From IMG/VR virus record IMGVR_UViG_3300013936_000024: 64,000 nucleotides of DNA. One strand, given 5' to 3'. The translations under genes and the position numbers were made by a program. How positions within the stretch are numbered: position 1 is the first letter of the stretch; each line of letters begins with the position of its first letter. The DNA comes from an uncultured virus (IMG/VR IMGVR_UViG_3300013936_000024) (Duplodnaviria > Heunggongvirae > Uroviricota > Caudoviricetes). Positions 28,553 to 39,177 of this stretch are shown piece after piece. A model generated the notes under the pieces. The model searched no databases and was not told where the DNA came from. It saw only the letters and a program-made list of their open reading frames with translations.

Positions 28553-29419
28553 TTAATTGAACTTTATTGATTTCGATAACATACTGTCCAAGTCAGTGTT
28601 CAACACCTTTGTCTTAGGTTCATTAAAACAAGGTGGATCCATAGAGAATGGGTGTGTGTGGGTCTTGATAACTTCTATTAGTTTTTTTAAGAATTCCACC
28701 AATTCGTCGCCATAAATCATAGGGTGCGCTTCTTTTTCTATATTTTGTTGTTCTTCATCGGTAATAAGTTGCTTCGGATTATTAAGGTTAAACATCGTCT
28801 TTGAATTATGGGACAATAAATTAATTTTATCAGCAACAAGGTTAATACAAGAGGCATAATCTTTATTCTTTTCATCCTGCATCTGTTTGTACTTCATTTG
28901 TATATATGATAAGTTATCTCGATTGAACAACAACGTATTCTCAGGTTTACCGTTCGGATAACGTTTAAAACCACATCTTATTCTTACCTCATTATCCTTT
29001 AATATTACATCGGCATTTTGTCTGCCTTGTAATGCAACGTCCTCTCTATCAGGATATGAGCCATCATTATCAGCATTCATTATAGGATCTGGTAATGGTT
29101 TGGCATAATTATTTCCATTTAACAATGCCCTTGATTGAAAGCGAAATGGTTCATAATTTAAACCGTATTGCTGAGAGATGACAGGGCCAATAAATAATCT
29201 GTTCCCCTTAGGTGAATCTGGGTCTGTCAGTATCACCATTACGCATTCCCCTACTTTTGGATTAATGTGTATTAATTTTGGCAATAAAGGAAAACAATAC
29301 GGCAAGTCGTCGATATACTTACAGTCGGCATCCTCAGGTTCTAAACGAACTTTGATGCGCAATCCTGCTTTGTCATCGACGACACTCAATACTTCACAAA
29401 AACGTATTATATTAATCAT
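28553..29419 (-). CDS. Baseplate hub/spike protein (gp5/gpV-like OB fold)
   Basis: RIKVRL...PLLPKLIHINPKVGECVMV; C-terminal HTH (His-x-His) spike motif. Confidence 0.7.
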   Translation of the reverse strand: MINIIRFCEVLSVVDDKAGLRIKVRLEPEDADCKYIDDLPYCFPLLPKLIHINPKVGECVMVILTDPDSPKGNRLFIGPVISQQYGLNYEPFRFQSRALLNGNNYAKPLPDPIMNADNDGSYPDREDVALQGRQNADVILKDNEVRIRCGFKRYPNGKPENTLLFNRDNLSYIQMKYKQMQDEKNKDYASCINLVADKINLLSHNSKTMFNLNNPKQLITDEEQQNIEKEAHPMIYGDELVEFLKKLIEVIKTHTHPFSMDPPCFNEPKTKVLNTDLDSMLSKSIKFN

Positions 29420-29597
29420 TTGATTTTCCTTCCCTCTTATTAATTATAGCTTGAATTTCTTCATACTTGTTAGAAGTTTCTTCCATTATCTTATAATTTT
29501 CAGATAATGTTTCTTTTGCCTTGTTGAATTGTTCGGTTAATTTTCTAATTTCATCCTTTAATTCAGATGTACTTAATATATTGTAATTCTTTGCCAT
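29412..29597 (-). CDS. Small coiled-coil protein
   Basis: 61 aa, tightly packed in the operon. Confidence 0.6.
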   Translation of the reverse strand: MAKNYNILSTSELKDEIRKLTEQFNKAKETLSENYKIMEETSNKYEEIQAIINKREGKSND

Positions 29598-29603
29598 TTA
29601 TTT

Positions 29604-29999
29604 CTATCTAATTAAACCTGATAATTGTGAAACCATTGTATTCGTAGATATAACTGTGACAGGTCCACCAGCATTAGCACCTGTGCCCGTAGTAATGACA
29701 CTACCAGGTTCAATAACAGCATTAACGACAGCATTATCCTTTATTTCGTTAATCATTTCCTCACACATTATTCTAACGAATTTGTTAATTTTATTTTGTG
29801 AGCCGTCTTCATTTACACCCGTCGTAATACCAGCCTCATTTAGACGACTAATAATCGCACTTGTCAAAGCAATGGCACTCAGTCCTGGTCTTCTTTTAAG
29901 TTCACAGATTAATAATAACGCAGGAATTGCGGGTAATGCAGGTCTAACCGACTTAAGTGCTTTATTTATACCATTAGCAATATTTTCAATCCAACTCAT
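29604..29999 (-). CDS. Hypothetical protein (baseplate region)
   Basis: 131 aa; RPGLSA and GTGANAGGPV motifs. Confidence 0.6.
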   Translation of the reverse strand: MSWIENIANGINKALKSVRPALPAIPALLLICELKRRPGLSAIALTSAIISRLNEAGITTGVNEDGSQNKINKFVRIMCEEMINEIKDNAVVNAVIEPGSVITTGTGANAGGPVTVISTNTMVSQLSGLIR

Positions 30000-30004
30000 T
30001 TAAA

Positions 30005-32011
30005 TTAACATTTATCTGTATTATTTTCAGTTTCTTGCTGATATATGTCAGCATAGTCGACATTATCAATACTAAAGTCCATGTCCATTCCATTACCGTT
30101 ATTCTTGAAGCAATCTATCAATTTCTTGATTAATCGTGCATAATATTGTGCTTGCTCAATGTTTATCTTTATTGCGATTTCTTTTACCAAATCAGATAAT
30201 ATCGACATCAATTTATCTACAAGGTATTGAATTAAGTAATCTCGAATAGACCTTATCAAATTCACAATAAGTTGTTTAAACTTCTCAATAAATCCTTCAA
30301 GATTGAAATTAACATCCTGCCCTAACAGTTTCAGATTGATTAATATTAACAAATAAACTTTTGGTGACAATATCGATTGAACAATGACATTAGCAAGGTT
30401 GTTCATTAGTTTTTCGATAAAATTTATTTGCAAACCGAAATTTAACTGGTCTGTTTCAAGATAATCGACTTTTGATAACTGTTTGCTTATCTCAGTAATA
30501 CTTCCTTTGATAATTGTGTTGACTTCTTCTTTTGTTGCAGATGAATCAATACCGTTTAATTGCTGCAATAGACTTTCCGCATCAATTTTCACACCTGATG
30601 TATTAGTACCATCTGATGAATACAAGCCCATTTTATTATATTCACTCTTTTGAACCATTGAATTATATTCATCATTCGAGAAAGAGAAGAAACAATCATT
30701 CACCACAACATCATCGCTTTCAACTACAGCTGAAACCATTTTATTAATCTCGTTACGTATCAATAGTTGCTTGTATGATAAATCTAAGTCTATTGATAAT
30801 AACCCAGTTAAACTATCTATCAATCTTGCAGCGACAACTTTACTATCGAATAGACGTAGTGAATTAACATAATCGGTATTAAATTCAATTAAGGTCTTGT
30901 GATGATAATAATTGGTGTCTATTTTACGATATGCTCTGTCTTGCGAAGCGTTTTTTAATTTCTGTAATGCCTTTGCTTTTTCTTCAAATATCTTACATCT
31001 TTCACTCTCAAGCTCGGACATTTTCTCTTCGTATTTGGCTAATTTATCCAATAAAGAGGTGTGCTGCCTATTATAGTTATCCTCATCGATTTCATTATCT
31101 CGAAATTGTTCTTCGATTTTCGTAATATTGTTATTGGTTTTATCTATCCGTTTCTGTCCTTTGTCGATTTCAGCATTGCAATCTTTCAATTGTATCTCGA
31201 TATCAGACAGTTCATTCTCATATGTTCTATAATTACTTCCGACGATTTCTTGGGCGTTACCTATAAAGACGTGTAACACATTGAGATATGGTGTTTGCAT
31301 ATACGAAGGTTGCCCTTCAGCATTTCTTATCGAGCGTGAAGATTCATTAAATTCAAGAGTTAATATACCATCTTTTTTAGTTTCTTTCTCCGTCGCAGAT
31401 TTAGCAGTCTCCTTAGGGTCTCTTGACCATACTTCTCGTCTAACGGCACGATTTTTCATATACCATAAGAGACAATCGAAATCAGAATCCTCACGTTCAT
31501 CACTTGTATATGATGGAACGAAACCTCCGAGAGTATTCTTGAACAGATTACTTTTCTTAGTACAGGTATCCCTTACATCAAGGGCGGTTTCGCATTTTCC
31601 ACAGCCGAAGTAATAATATTTACCTTTTGAACTTAATGGGGAATATTTTAATTTGTCCGTAATATCTATTTGTGACAAATCAAAAACGATGCCTTCTCTT
31701 AATATTTCATCAGTAATAAAGGGGTTTAATGAACAAGTCAATAAGTTTTTTATATTAGTCAATAATATACCTTTTACCGCAACTTCTAATGCAGGTAATC
31801 CTGTTGAAATAAAAGTTGATATTATATTTATCAATGCATCATAACCAATAGTCCCTTTGAAGCAGTCCATCAGGTACTCAAAGGGATTAGTGGAGGTATT
31901 TACTGAAAGATATGTGTTACCGTTGCTTAAATTCGGGTATTTATCCAATATTGACATAACAGCGTCAATTAATGCCAACGATTCACTTTTAACTTGTTTT
32001 ATATTCGCCAT
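30005..32011 (-). CDS. Hypothetical protein with a central coiled coil
   Basis: 668 aa ORF in the operon. Confidence 0.7.
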   Translation of the reverse strand: MANIKQVKSESLALIDAVMSILDKYPNLSNGNTYLSVNTSTNPFEYLMDCFKGTIGYDALINIISTFISTGLPALEVAVKGILLTNIKNLLTCSLNPFITDEILREGIVFDLSQIDITDKLKYSPLSSKGKYYYFGCGKCETALDVRDTCTKKSNLFKNTLGGFVPSYTSDEREDSDFDCLLWYMKNRAVRREVWSRDPKETAKSATEKETKKDGILTLEFNESSRSIRNAEGQPSYMQTPYLNVLHVFIGNAQEIVGSNYRTYENELSDIEIQLKDCNAEIDKGQKRIDKTNNNITKIEEQFRDNEIDEDNYNRQHTSLLDKLAKYEEKMSELESERCKIFEEKAKALQKLKNASQDRAYRKIDTNYYHHKTLIEFNTDYVNSLRLFDSKVVAARLIDSLTGLLSIDLDLSYKQLLIRNEINKMVSAVVESDDVVVNDCFFSFSNDEYNSMVQKSEYNKMGLYSSDGTNTSGVKIDAESLLQQLNGIDSSATKEEVNTIIKGSITEISKQLSKVDYLETDQLNFGLQINFIEKLMNNLANVIVQSILSPKVYLLILINLKLLGQDVNFNLEGFIEKFKQLIVNLIRSIRDYLIQYLVDKLMSILSDLVKEIAIKINIEQAQYYARLIKKLIDCFKNNGNGMDMDFSIDNVDYADIYQQETENNTDKC

Positions 32012-32016
32012 TTCGT

Positions 32017-32436
32017 TTATGAATGTTTGTTAATAGAATAACTGTCAGTCTCAGTCTGCTCATTGTTTTCATCACTGTCCGAAGTTGTCAGAACAGTGTC
32101 TTTCAAGTCTTCCCAATTACCTACCGATTCCTCATTATCTACCATTTTTCTGACATCGCCATTGAATTTATGAATCTCAGTCATCAATTTGGCAATGTCC
32201 AATTTTCTTCCTATCGCTTTGTCTTTATTAGTAATGAAATCGTTCATCGCCTTTGCGTACTTAGTCTTAGAATCCATGATTTCATCATTCAACGCAACAG
32301 AATTTGACAGTTTATTCATTTGATTTTGAATTTCGACAATGTTCTTATCTGCTTCGTTATATAATTCTTGTAACAATTCTTCAATTTTATCAAGTGAATT
32401 TAATCTTAACTTGTATCTCTTTTTTATTGCTGCCAT
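32017..32436 (-). CDS. Hypothetical helical protein
   Basis: 139 aa ORF. Confidence 0.65.
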   Translation of the reverse strand: MAAIKKRYKLRLNSLDKIEELLQELYNEADKNIVEIQNQMNKLSNSVALNDEIMDSKTKYAKAMNDFITNKDKAIGRKLDIAKLMTEIHKFNGDVRKMVDNEESVGNWEDLKDTVLTTSDSDENNEQTETDSYSINKHS

Positions 32437-32465
32437 ATTAGTTATTTATACTTTATAGATAAGTA

Positions 32466-33221
32466 TTACTTTAATAGTTTTTGCTTAGTAAAGAAATAAA
32501 GTTCCTTGTAACGTTTCATTGCTTCCCTAATATCCTTGGTTTCCAATCTAGTATATTCTTTAACGAAATACAAGAAAGATGTCTTGTTAAATTTTTTACT
32601 CGAAATTTGTTTAAATATTTCTTCCCAATTGGTTAACATCTCTATAAGGCAATAGCCGACGATAATTTCATTTTCAGAAGGCTTTAATACAGGATTTTCT
32701 ATGTCGATTATTCTTTTAATCTCTTTAATGGTTGCTTCGATTAAATCATTATTGAAAATCATTGTTTCTATCTTGCTGTTATCGTTGGAGCGATTGTCCT
32801 TGTCACCATTTGTGAATACTACATCATATGATGATTGTCTCTGTAATTGCTTCATCATCTGTGTACGTTTGTAAATCAAATAGTTTTTACAAACCGTGCC
32901 ACAGTATGAATATACTTTATATCCCTTCGCAGGATCAAAGTTATTTACTTTTGTTATCAAGAAAGACATCGTATCACAGAAAGTATCTTCAAAGTCTTCA
33001 TTAGGAGTAAATAAATCATATCTCCTAATGATTGACTCTATCATCTTAGTAAAGGCGGGATAAAGTTTGTCACGAAAAATCCTATCTCTCTCCGATTGAC
33101 TTTCACTTGTCACATATTTTATGAATGCCTCTTCCTGTTCTTCGTAAAAATAACCTTTTCTTTTTCTTTTCGATGGCTTTCGGCCTCTTTTCTTCGGTAC
33201 TGTTACTGTTGTCTCTTCCAT
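32466..33221 (-). CDS. Phage sigma-factor-like protein (sigma70 region 2; gp55-like)
   Basis: ERDRIFRDKLYPAFTKMIESIIRRY...FDPAKGYKVYSYCGTVCKNYLI resembles sigma region 2 (FDxxKG.KF.TY). Confidence 0.6.
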   Translation of the reverse strand: MEETTVTVPKKRGRKPSKRKRKGYFYEEQEEAFIKYVTSESQSERDRIFRDKLYPAFTKMIESIIRRYDLFTPNEDFEDTFCDTMSFLITKVNNFDPAKGYKVYSYCGTVCKNYLIYKRTQMMKQLQRQSSYDVVFTNGDKDNRSNDNSKIETMIFNNDLIEATIKEIKRIIDIENPVLKPSENEIIVGYCLIEMLTNWEEIFKQISSKKFNKTSFLYFVKEYTRLETKDIREAMKRYKELYFFTKQKLLK

Positions 33222-33240
33222 CCATAGGGAATTATCATCT

Positions 33241-34059
33241 TTATTTTAAAATTTCCTTTTTGTTATCACTGACTATTTTCTTTTTTCTATCCTTCACATA
33301 AGGGTACTCACATTTGGCTAAATCAAACCATTTTTTCACGTCTTTGTCATCTATTGTTGCTTCGTATTCAGATGTAAGACTGCCTTTTCGACCGATTAAA
33401 TGTCTATATCCCTCTTTAGGTACAACAATAACTTTAAGCTTTTTGTCTGTCACTCTCAATAAGAACTCATAATTAAAGGCTATTTTAATAGATGGTTTCA
33501 AGCCTCCTATTTTGATAAAGTCATTAGTGTTAAAAATACCTCCTGTCAAATTAAATGTCGAACAATTGTCAAGGCAGTCAAAATCAATCACGCCTAATTC
33601 ATTTGAAAAAGAGTTTGCCCACACCAATTCATTACCGAATTGCCATTTTGTATGTTCCTCGTTATACTGTACGTTAATAGGCAAGAAAACACTGGCACTT
33701 GTCTCGGCTTTATACCATTCGTATGCCATATTAAACCACTTGGATTGGTATTCATCGTCCATTTCGAGAATTGAGAAAAATTCAGTGTCTATTAGCTTAA
33801 CAGCGGCGTTAATCTGTGAACAGAAATCAGTGTCGCCATCATTAATGACAATAGAATAATTATTCGTTAAGCCATTCATCGTTGAATTCACGATTGTAGA
33901 AACGGTTTGCAAGGCTTCTTTTGAAGAAATAACTAACAATTTTAGCTCGCCTTGAGAATAGGTCTTCGTATTGGCAATATAACTTGCCAACGATTTCTTC
34001 AAATATTCGTTATCCTCGTTTTCTAACTTATGTATAGGTAAAATTACTGTAATGTCCAT
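33241..34059 (-). CDS. Glycosyltransferase family 2 (GT-A)
   Basis: ITVILPIH start, INAAVKLIDTEFFSILEMDDEY, GGIF...KIGGL, YEFLLR. Confidence 0.75.
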   Translation of the reverse strand: MDITVILPIHKLENEDNEYLKKSLASYIANTKTYSQGELKLLVISSKEALQTVSTIVNSTMNGLTNNYSIVINDGDTDFCSQINAAVKLIDTEFFSILEMDDEYQSKWFNMAYEWYKAETSASVFLPINVQYNEEHTKWQFGNELVWANSFSNELGVIDFDCLDNCSTFNLTGGIFNTNDFIKIGGLKPSIKIAFNYEFLLRVTDKKLKVIVVPKEGYRHLIGRKGSLTSEYEATIDDKDVKKWFDLAKCEYPYVKDRKKKIVSDNKKEILK

Positions 34060-35231
34060 TAGTTATTGTCATTTACATTATTATTGATTTCTCCATCTTT
34101 AATCATTTTGAATTCATTAATTCTTTCCTCGACGGATGCCTTGATGAAACTTGTCACATTCTCGTTCCATTCTTTATGAGAATATTTTTGATTTGTACTT
34201 TCTACACTATTTGTTAACTCCGATGGTATTTCATCTTGCATCCAAGATGCGATTACTTTTGCTAATACATCAGGCAACGTTTCTCTATTATATGTCCAGA
34301 AACCATTATTAATTACTCCTTCTTCATCTTGCATCCACTCAGGAATCGTTTCCGGTATTTTTCCGATTACAATATCACCACATCGCATTGCTTGTAGAGG
34401 TGTATGCCCAAACTCAGTGTCATCGTCAATCCATACAGTAATCGCACCGTTTTTAAGTGCTTTGCAGTATTCTTCACGACTGAAATTTCTAACATCCATA
34501 AAGGAAATGAACTTGTACACAGGATATTTCCAATAGAAAGTTTTTATTAGATTATTAACATCACTTTGTTTCTTGGAAATAACGTTTACGCAAAGTTTAT
34601 GGGGCGTTAAAGGCTTTCGATAGCATTCATTAATAAATGGAGGTATAACCTTAGTCCTAACATAAGGGAATACAGATTGTATCGTATTTGCCAATTTATC
34701 AGTCGACGCTAATACATCACAAATACCATAATTTTTCCATTCGACACCCAAAGGTATAAAATCAGTCACATAATTATAATTTTGTAAAATGACATAACGT
34801 TTACAAGGGGCGTTAAGTTTATATGTCTGATACATCAAAGAGGAGAAAGCTTCAGGAATAAATAAATAATCAGAAGGTGATACTGACCAATTTCCTTTTG
34901 ATATATTCATATGCGGAATGTCGGCGTATTCATCACCTAACCATTCCCTTACACCGATAAATGTCTTGTTTGTGTCAATATATTTTTCTTTGCGATTTAA
35001 TTCATCAAGTTCTTCATCACTATACTCATTGTCTAACTGATAAAGCATTGTAACATTATATTTGTTATCCTTGAGAGTTTTCGCCATTTCATATATATAT
35101 TCCATACTACTGTTTGGAACATTTTTACAGTCGGCAATGAAGAAATATATAGTGAAATTATTATTTTTAAGGTCAGCTATTGCCTTGTCAATTCTATCGA
35201 TAACCGTATTATTCATTTTCGTCGATTTCAT
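34059..35231 (-). CDS. Glycosyltransferase (GT-B/GT4-like)
   Basis: DYLFIPE; EFGHTPLQAMRCG.IVIG resembles the GT4 EGFGLPxLEAMACG motif. Confidence 0.65.
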   Translation of the reverse strand: MKSTKMNNTVIDRIDKAIADLKNNNFTIYFFIADCKNVPNSSMEYIYEMAKTLKDNKYNVTMLYQLDNEYSDEELDELNRKEKYIDTNKTFIGVREWLGDEYADIPHMNISKGNWSVSPSDYLFIPEAFSSLMYQTYKLNAPCKRYVILQNYNYVTDFIPLGVEWKNYGICDVLASTDKLANTIQSVFPYVRTKVIPPFINECYRKPLTPHKLCVNVISKKQSDVNNLIKTFYWKYPVYKFISFMDVRNFSREEYCKALKNGAITVWIDDDTEFGHTPLQAMRCGDIVIGKIPETIPEWMQDEEGVINNGFWTYNRETLPDVLAKVIASWMQDEIPSELTNSVESTNQKYSHKEWNENVTSFIKASVEERINEFKMIKDGEINNNVNDNN

Positions 35232-35613
35232 AAATTATTCCATTATTAACTAAAGTATTTAAACATAATACTTCACTTAGTGTAAAACTATCCTCTAATT
35301 TCAATGAGCCATCAGGATTATAATTGATATCTAGCACGACACCTAATATATCTTTCATTATCTCAAATTTAGCCGTTATCGCCGTGTTGTCTGACTTAAC
35401 GTCCGTCATTTCTTTTGATACCAAATCAAGGTCATCGTTTATCTCGCCGTCTTCATTGATAATTTCAGTATCTGGTTTTGCCCACACTTCAGTTACCGTT
35501 GTCTGCAACTGGTTATCATTACCATTTACAGACGAACTAATCCATTCCATTAATTTGTCAAGATTAATGGTATACGATTTATCATTAAACCTCAGTATTT
35601 CCATAGTTCTCAA
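35209..35613 (-). CDS. Hypothetical protein
   Basis: 134 aa acidic ORF in the operon. Confidence 0.6.
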   Translation of the reverse strand: MRTMEILRFNDKSYTINLDKLMEWISSSVNGNDNQLQTTVTEVWAKPDTEIINEDGEINDDLDLVSKEMTDVKSDNTAITAKFEIMKDILGVVLDINYNPDGSLKLEDSFTLSEVLCLNTLVNNGIIYEIDENE

Positions 35614-36220
35614 TTATATCCGATAAAACATTATTTTCGTCGTGTATTACATCAATAAAACCTTCATAGGTATATTCTGTCTTTATTTCTTTGTTATAAG
35701 GTGTCTCTATCTTGAATACCTTTTTGCCTTCTGGTACATTTTCGATTAATTTTGGGTTCGCAGTTATCAGTAAGTCACATTTATCCCATACAGTCATACT
35801 GTCCGTCGGAAAATAAATTTCACGAACTCTCGTTCCGATTCTGGCTAAAAAAGACAATGTCGACTGAATGCTTAAATTCATTTCAAAAGGACTTACGAAC
35901 AATACTTCAGGTATTTTATCATATTCAAAGTTCCTAAGAGTATTTTGAAGCCATAGCGACATTTCAGAAGGTATTTTCTTATCCATCACTTCAGCACGAC
36001 CGAATAAGTCATATGCGGCATCTTCGTACTTAAAACGATAATACAAGTCTTTATCAGTATTTCCATCCTGATCTGGGAATGGGAAAATATTAAAGAAATC
36101 AAAATCTGTAACTTCTTCTTCCGTAATTTCAAAAGAAGGATCTATTATCTTTTGATAACATTTAATAAACTGATTCGTGTAGTCTCTTACTACATCATTT
36201 AAATCTATTGCAATTCTCAT
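35585..36220 (-). CDS. HAD-superfamily 5'(3')-nucleotidase-like protein
   Basis: MRIAIDLNDVVRD (degenerate DxD motif I); C-terminal ETPYN. Confidence 0.6.
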   Translation of the reverse strand: MRIAIDLNDVVRDYTNQFIKCYQKIIDPSFEITEEEVTDFDFFNIFPFPDQDGNTDKDLYYRFKYEDAAYDLFGRAEVMDKKIPSEMSLWLQNTLRNFEYDKIPEVLFVSPFEMNLSIQSTLSFLARIGTRVREIYFPTDSMTVWDKCDLLITANPKLIENVPEGKKVFKIETPYNKEIKTEYTYEGFIDVIHDENNVLSDIIENYGNTEV

Positions 36221-36225
36221 AATCT

Positions 36226-36684
36226 TTAAACGCCAAATGCCTTTATTTCTTTACCGTCCTTATTAATCAAGGCAAACCTTGGATAAGCATAGTCGAGATT
36301 ATAACGTTTGCCACATTTACATTCATGTAAACAGATACGTTCATACGTAAATGGATTAAACATAGGAGGTGCTTTGCTTATTAATTCCTCACCGCATTCA
36401 GGGCAATAGAAATGTTTAACTATTACATGTTCGACTTCTTCATCCTTAATTAAGTCGGCGTTCTGTTCATCCTCGTGTAGACGAGTCAAGGTCTTATTTA
36501 TTCGGTCATTGTATTGTTTCTCGTTATCAAGAATAGCATTTCTCTGTTTGTTCAGCTCTTCTTTATATTGTTCCTTGTAATTATCGTCGACATTAATGTC
36601 GAAATCTTCACTGAAATCATTGTTTTCTTTTTTTCTGTCTTCAGTAAGCTGTTTCATGTAACGGTTTAAAATACTATCACTCAT
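36226..36684 (-). CDS. Zn-ribbon protein
   Basis: CPECG...HECKCG. Confidence 0.6.
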   Translation of the reverse strand: MSDSILNRYMKQLTEDRKKENNDFSEDFDINVDDNYKEQYKEELNKQRNAILDNEKQYNDRINKTLTRLHEDEQNADLIKDEEVEHVIVKHFYCPECGEELISKAPPMFNPFTYERICLHECKCGKRYNLDYAYPRFALINKDGKEIKAFGV

Positions 36685-36739
36685 TGTAAATACTTTAATC
36701 TTATTTATATTTTTATTATAGTCATAATCAAGTTAAAAA

Positions 36740-37258
36740 TCAATCGGTGAACGATAACTGCTCGTAATCTCCCTTTTTATTGTAAAAGCTGTATAGAAAG
36801 CATTTCGGCTCTAATATTACTAAAGGCATAAGGCAATCCTTTACGTACTTATCACCCATACCACTTTTTAAATAAGCAATGGTTAAATGGGGGTGGTAAT
36901 CTTTAAACTCTGAATGTGAAGGAAATTCATCTGTAATACTTTTGTTTGTATCTTTTAATAACACTGATTGGGCATCGCATTTAAGGACATCATATTTGTC
37001 ATTTTTAAATAAAGATATGTTTGTCAATATTGTCTTATAATGTGAGATGTCTTTAAGGTGTTTTTTAATTTTTACAATGTCAGTATTATTATCAAGACAA
37101 GGGACTAATGTCACGTGTGTTTCTTTTTCGATACCGTAATCATTTGTACTTTCATCGTCGAAATAAAGTTCATCATTAGGTATCTTAGACTGTAAGTCTT
37201 TAACAAATTCGGGGGTGTCGAATTTTATCATTAAGAAGGCATATTTCTTATCGTCCAT
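36740..37258 (-). CDS. 2H phosphoesterase (Acb1/T4 57B-like)
   Basis: Two HxT motifs, ETHVTL and YHPHLTIAY, in a 172 aa stand-alone protein. Confidence 0.75.
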   Translation of the reverse strand: MDDKKYAFLMIKFDTPEFVKDLQSKIPNDELYFDDESTNDYGIEKETHVTLVPCLDNNTDIVKIKKHLKDISHYKTILTNISLFKNDKYDVLKCDAQSVLLKDTNKSITDEFPSHSEFKDYHPHLTIAYLKSGMGDKYVKDCLMPLVILEPKCFLYSFYNKKGDYEQLSFTD

Positions 37259-37263
37259 TTATA

Positions 37264-38385
37264 CTATTTCGTATTTTTATTATTCTCAAGATATTTTTTA
37301 AGACAATCGTGGCATAAAACAATACCGAAAGTCTGTTCACAAATTTGGGCATCCAAATATTCGGTAGGTGAAATTTCATTAGCCTTTGTTTCATCATCAA
37401 ATATATCCTTTGGTTTAAATATAGGCAGATAATCGACTTCTTCCGTATTATATTCTATTGTTTTACCGCAGTGCTCACATTTATATGTCTTTATATAATC
37501 AGTCTCACCAAATGGATTCAATATAATCTCTTTCTTCGTCTTTGACTTGTATTTATCATCCATTGATTTACTATAATATTTTTTCATTAAATCAATTCCG
37601 TTTTTGACATTTCGTGATTTAAGACTGACTACATAGAAACCATCATATTCATTTATATATGACAAATGTAGATTATCAAATTCGAACTTAAACATATTGT
37701 CGTATTTGTATGCATGATTCGTGACAAAAGATAATGTATTTATGTCAATGATGTCAGAACGTAATTTCTCGTTTTTAATTTTCTCAATTTCTTTAATGAG
37801 ACCTTTTGATTTGAAATCCTTGCTATCTGGGTATTTTGATATGTACAAGTCAAGCATTGAATGGGTATCGTCAATTTTACGAACTACGACACGTTTTATG
37901 TATTCTTCGATATAATACCTTGGAGTAAAATCGCCTCTTGTCAACTTGATGCTATAATTTTGATTATGTTTGAATAATTCATAACCTTTATACACCCCTT
38001 CATGATCGACACTTACTTGATTAATACCGTCGTCATTTATTTCGTTAGGCTGTATGGTAACAATGTCAAGATTATCGTCATTCCAACATTTTACAAATTT
38101 TGTATCCATTTTTTCACGACGCATTGCCAACATCGGTGTATAGTATTCGTAATTCTTGGCTTCACGGTCGACACGGTATGTGCGGTCTCTAAGCTCCTCG
38201 ACAGCTTGCGTCAATTCACCTCGAAGCAATGCCTTGGATACTCGGTTATCTTGTACTTTCTGTTGAATTGTCATACCGTCTAATTGATGTGATGCCCCAC
38301 TTTGCTTAAAAAGAATGTCTTCGGTCGTTTTCATTCCATAAAATAGACCATAGAACAAGGAACGTAATTTAGATAATATTTTCAT
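37264..38385 (-). CDS. Hypothetical protein with C-terminal CxxC pairs
   Basis: 373 aa; CEHC and CHDC. Confidence 0.65.
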   Translation of the reverse strand: MKILSKLRSLFYGLFYGMKTTEDILFKQSGASHQLDGMTIQQKVQDNRVSKALLRGELTQAVEELRDRTYRVDREAKNYEYYTPMLAMRREKMDTKFVKCWNDDNLDIVTIQPNEINDDGINQVSVDHEGVYKGYELFKHNQNYSIKLTRGDFTPRYYIEEYIKRVVVRKIDDTHSMLDLYISKYPDSKDFKSKGLIKEIEKIKNEKLRSDIIDINTLSFVTNHAYKYDNMFKFEFDNLHLSYINEYDGFYVVSLKSRNVKNGIDLMKKYYSKSMDDKYKSKTKKEIILNPFGETDYIKTYKCEHCGKTIEYNTEEVDYLPIFKPKDIFDDETKANEISPTEYLDAQICEQTFGIVLCHDCLKKYLENNKNTK

Positions 38386-38609
38386 TTTATAACGATGTTA
38401 AGAATACGTTTATTTAATTCTTCTTGGATTGCTTCATATATTTGATTATATTTTAAACGTCTTTCGTTTATTCTCGTAAGTTCACCATTGCTTAATGACA
38501 TTCTCAAACGTATGAGGCAATTATCTATCTGTTGCTTGATGACATCATAATAGCAAGACAAATCCTGTATGGTCATTCCCTCTAAGGTTTCTTTTTTAGT
38601 TATTGACAT
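38382..38609 (-). CDS. Hypothetical protein
   Basis: 75 aa; ATGA overlap with the next gene. Confidence 0.6.
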   Translation of the reverse strand: MSITKKETLEGMTIQDLSCYYDVIKQQIDNCLIRLRMSLSNGELTRINERRLKYNQIYEAIQEELNKRILNIVIK

Positions 38610-38662
38610 ATTATTTTATATTACATCTTTATATAATATAAAGTTAATACTGTCATAAAATC

Positions 38663-38698
38663 AAAAAAGTGGTATACCATCGTTATAGTATACCACTT
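38663..38698 (-). terminator. Intrinsic terminator after dut
   Basis: AAGTGGTATAC...GTATACCACTT, followed by a T run on the minus strand. Confidence 0.65.
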
Positions 38699-38703
38699 CG
38701 AAA

Positions 38704-39177
38704 TCAAAAGCCACTTGAGGCATAACCTTGTGAGCCTCGTTCTTTATTTTCTTTTATTTTAGCTACGTTCACCAAATTGACTTGATAGCCATTGTATACA
38801 GGACATAATACGGCTTGAGCTATTTTAGCACCATTAGTGATAGTAAAATCTTCGTTTGATAGATTGTGGACTATTACACCTATTTCACCAGTATAATTAC
38901 TATCAATTGTACCAGGGGAGTTGGCGACTACAATACCGTATTTAAGAGAATACCCACTTCGACTGCGCACTTGAATTTCGCAATCCTTAGGGACTTCAAC
39001 ATATATTCCTGTATGTACCAATACTCTTTCAAGTGGCTTAACGACTATAGATTCATCTTCCACCCACGCATACAAATCAAAACCACTGTTTCCACTATCA
39101 CCGTTTTCGTCACATTTTCCGTAAGTTAAATCAGCGTTAGGAGATTTATTTACATATTTAAGAATTCTTTTTTCCAT
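38704..39177 (-). CDS. dut: Trimeric dUTPase
   Basis: SGFDL, RSRSG, GTIDSNYTGEI, KIAQAV, RGSQGYASSG. Confidence 0.95.
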   Translation of the reverse strand: MEKRILKYVNKSPNADLTYGKCDENGDSGNSGFDLYAWVEDESIVVKPLERVLVHTGIYVEVPKDCEIQVRSRSGYSLKYGIVVANSPGTIDSNYTGEIGVIVHNLSNEDFTITNGAKIAQAVLCPVYNGYQVNLVNVAKIKENKERGSQGYASSGF

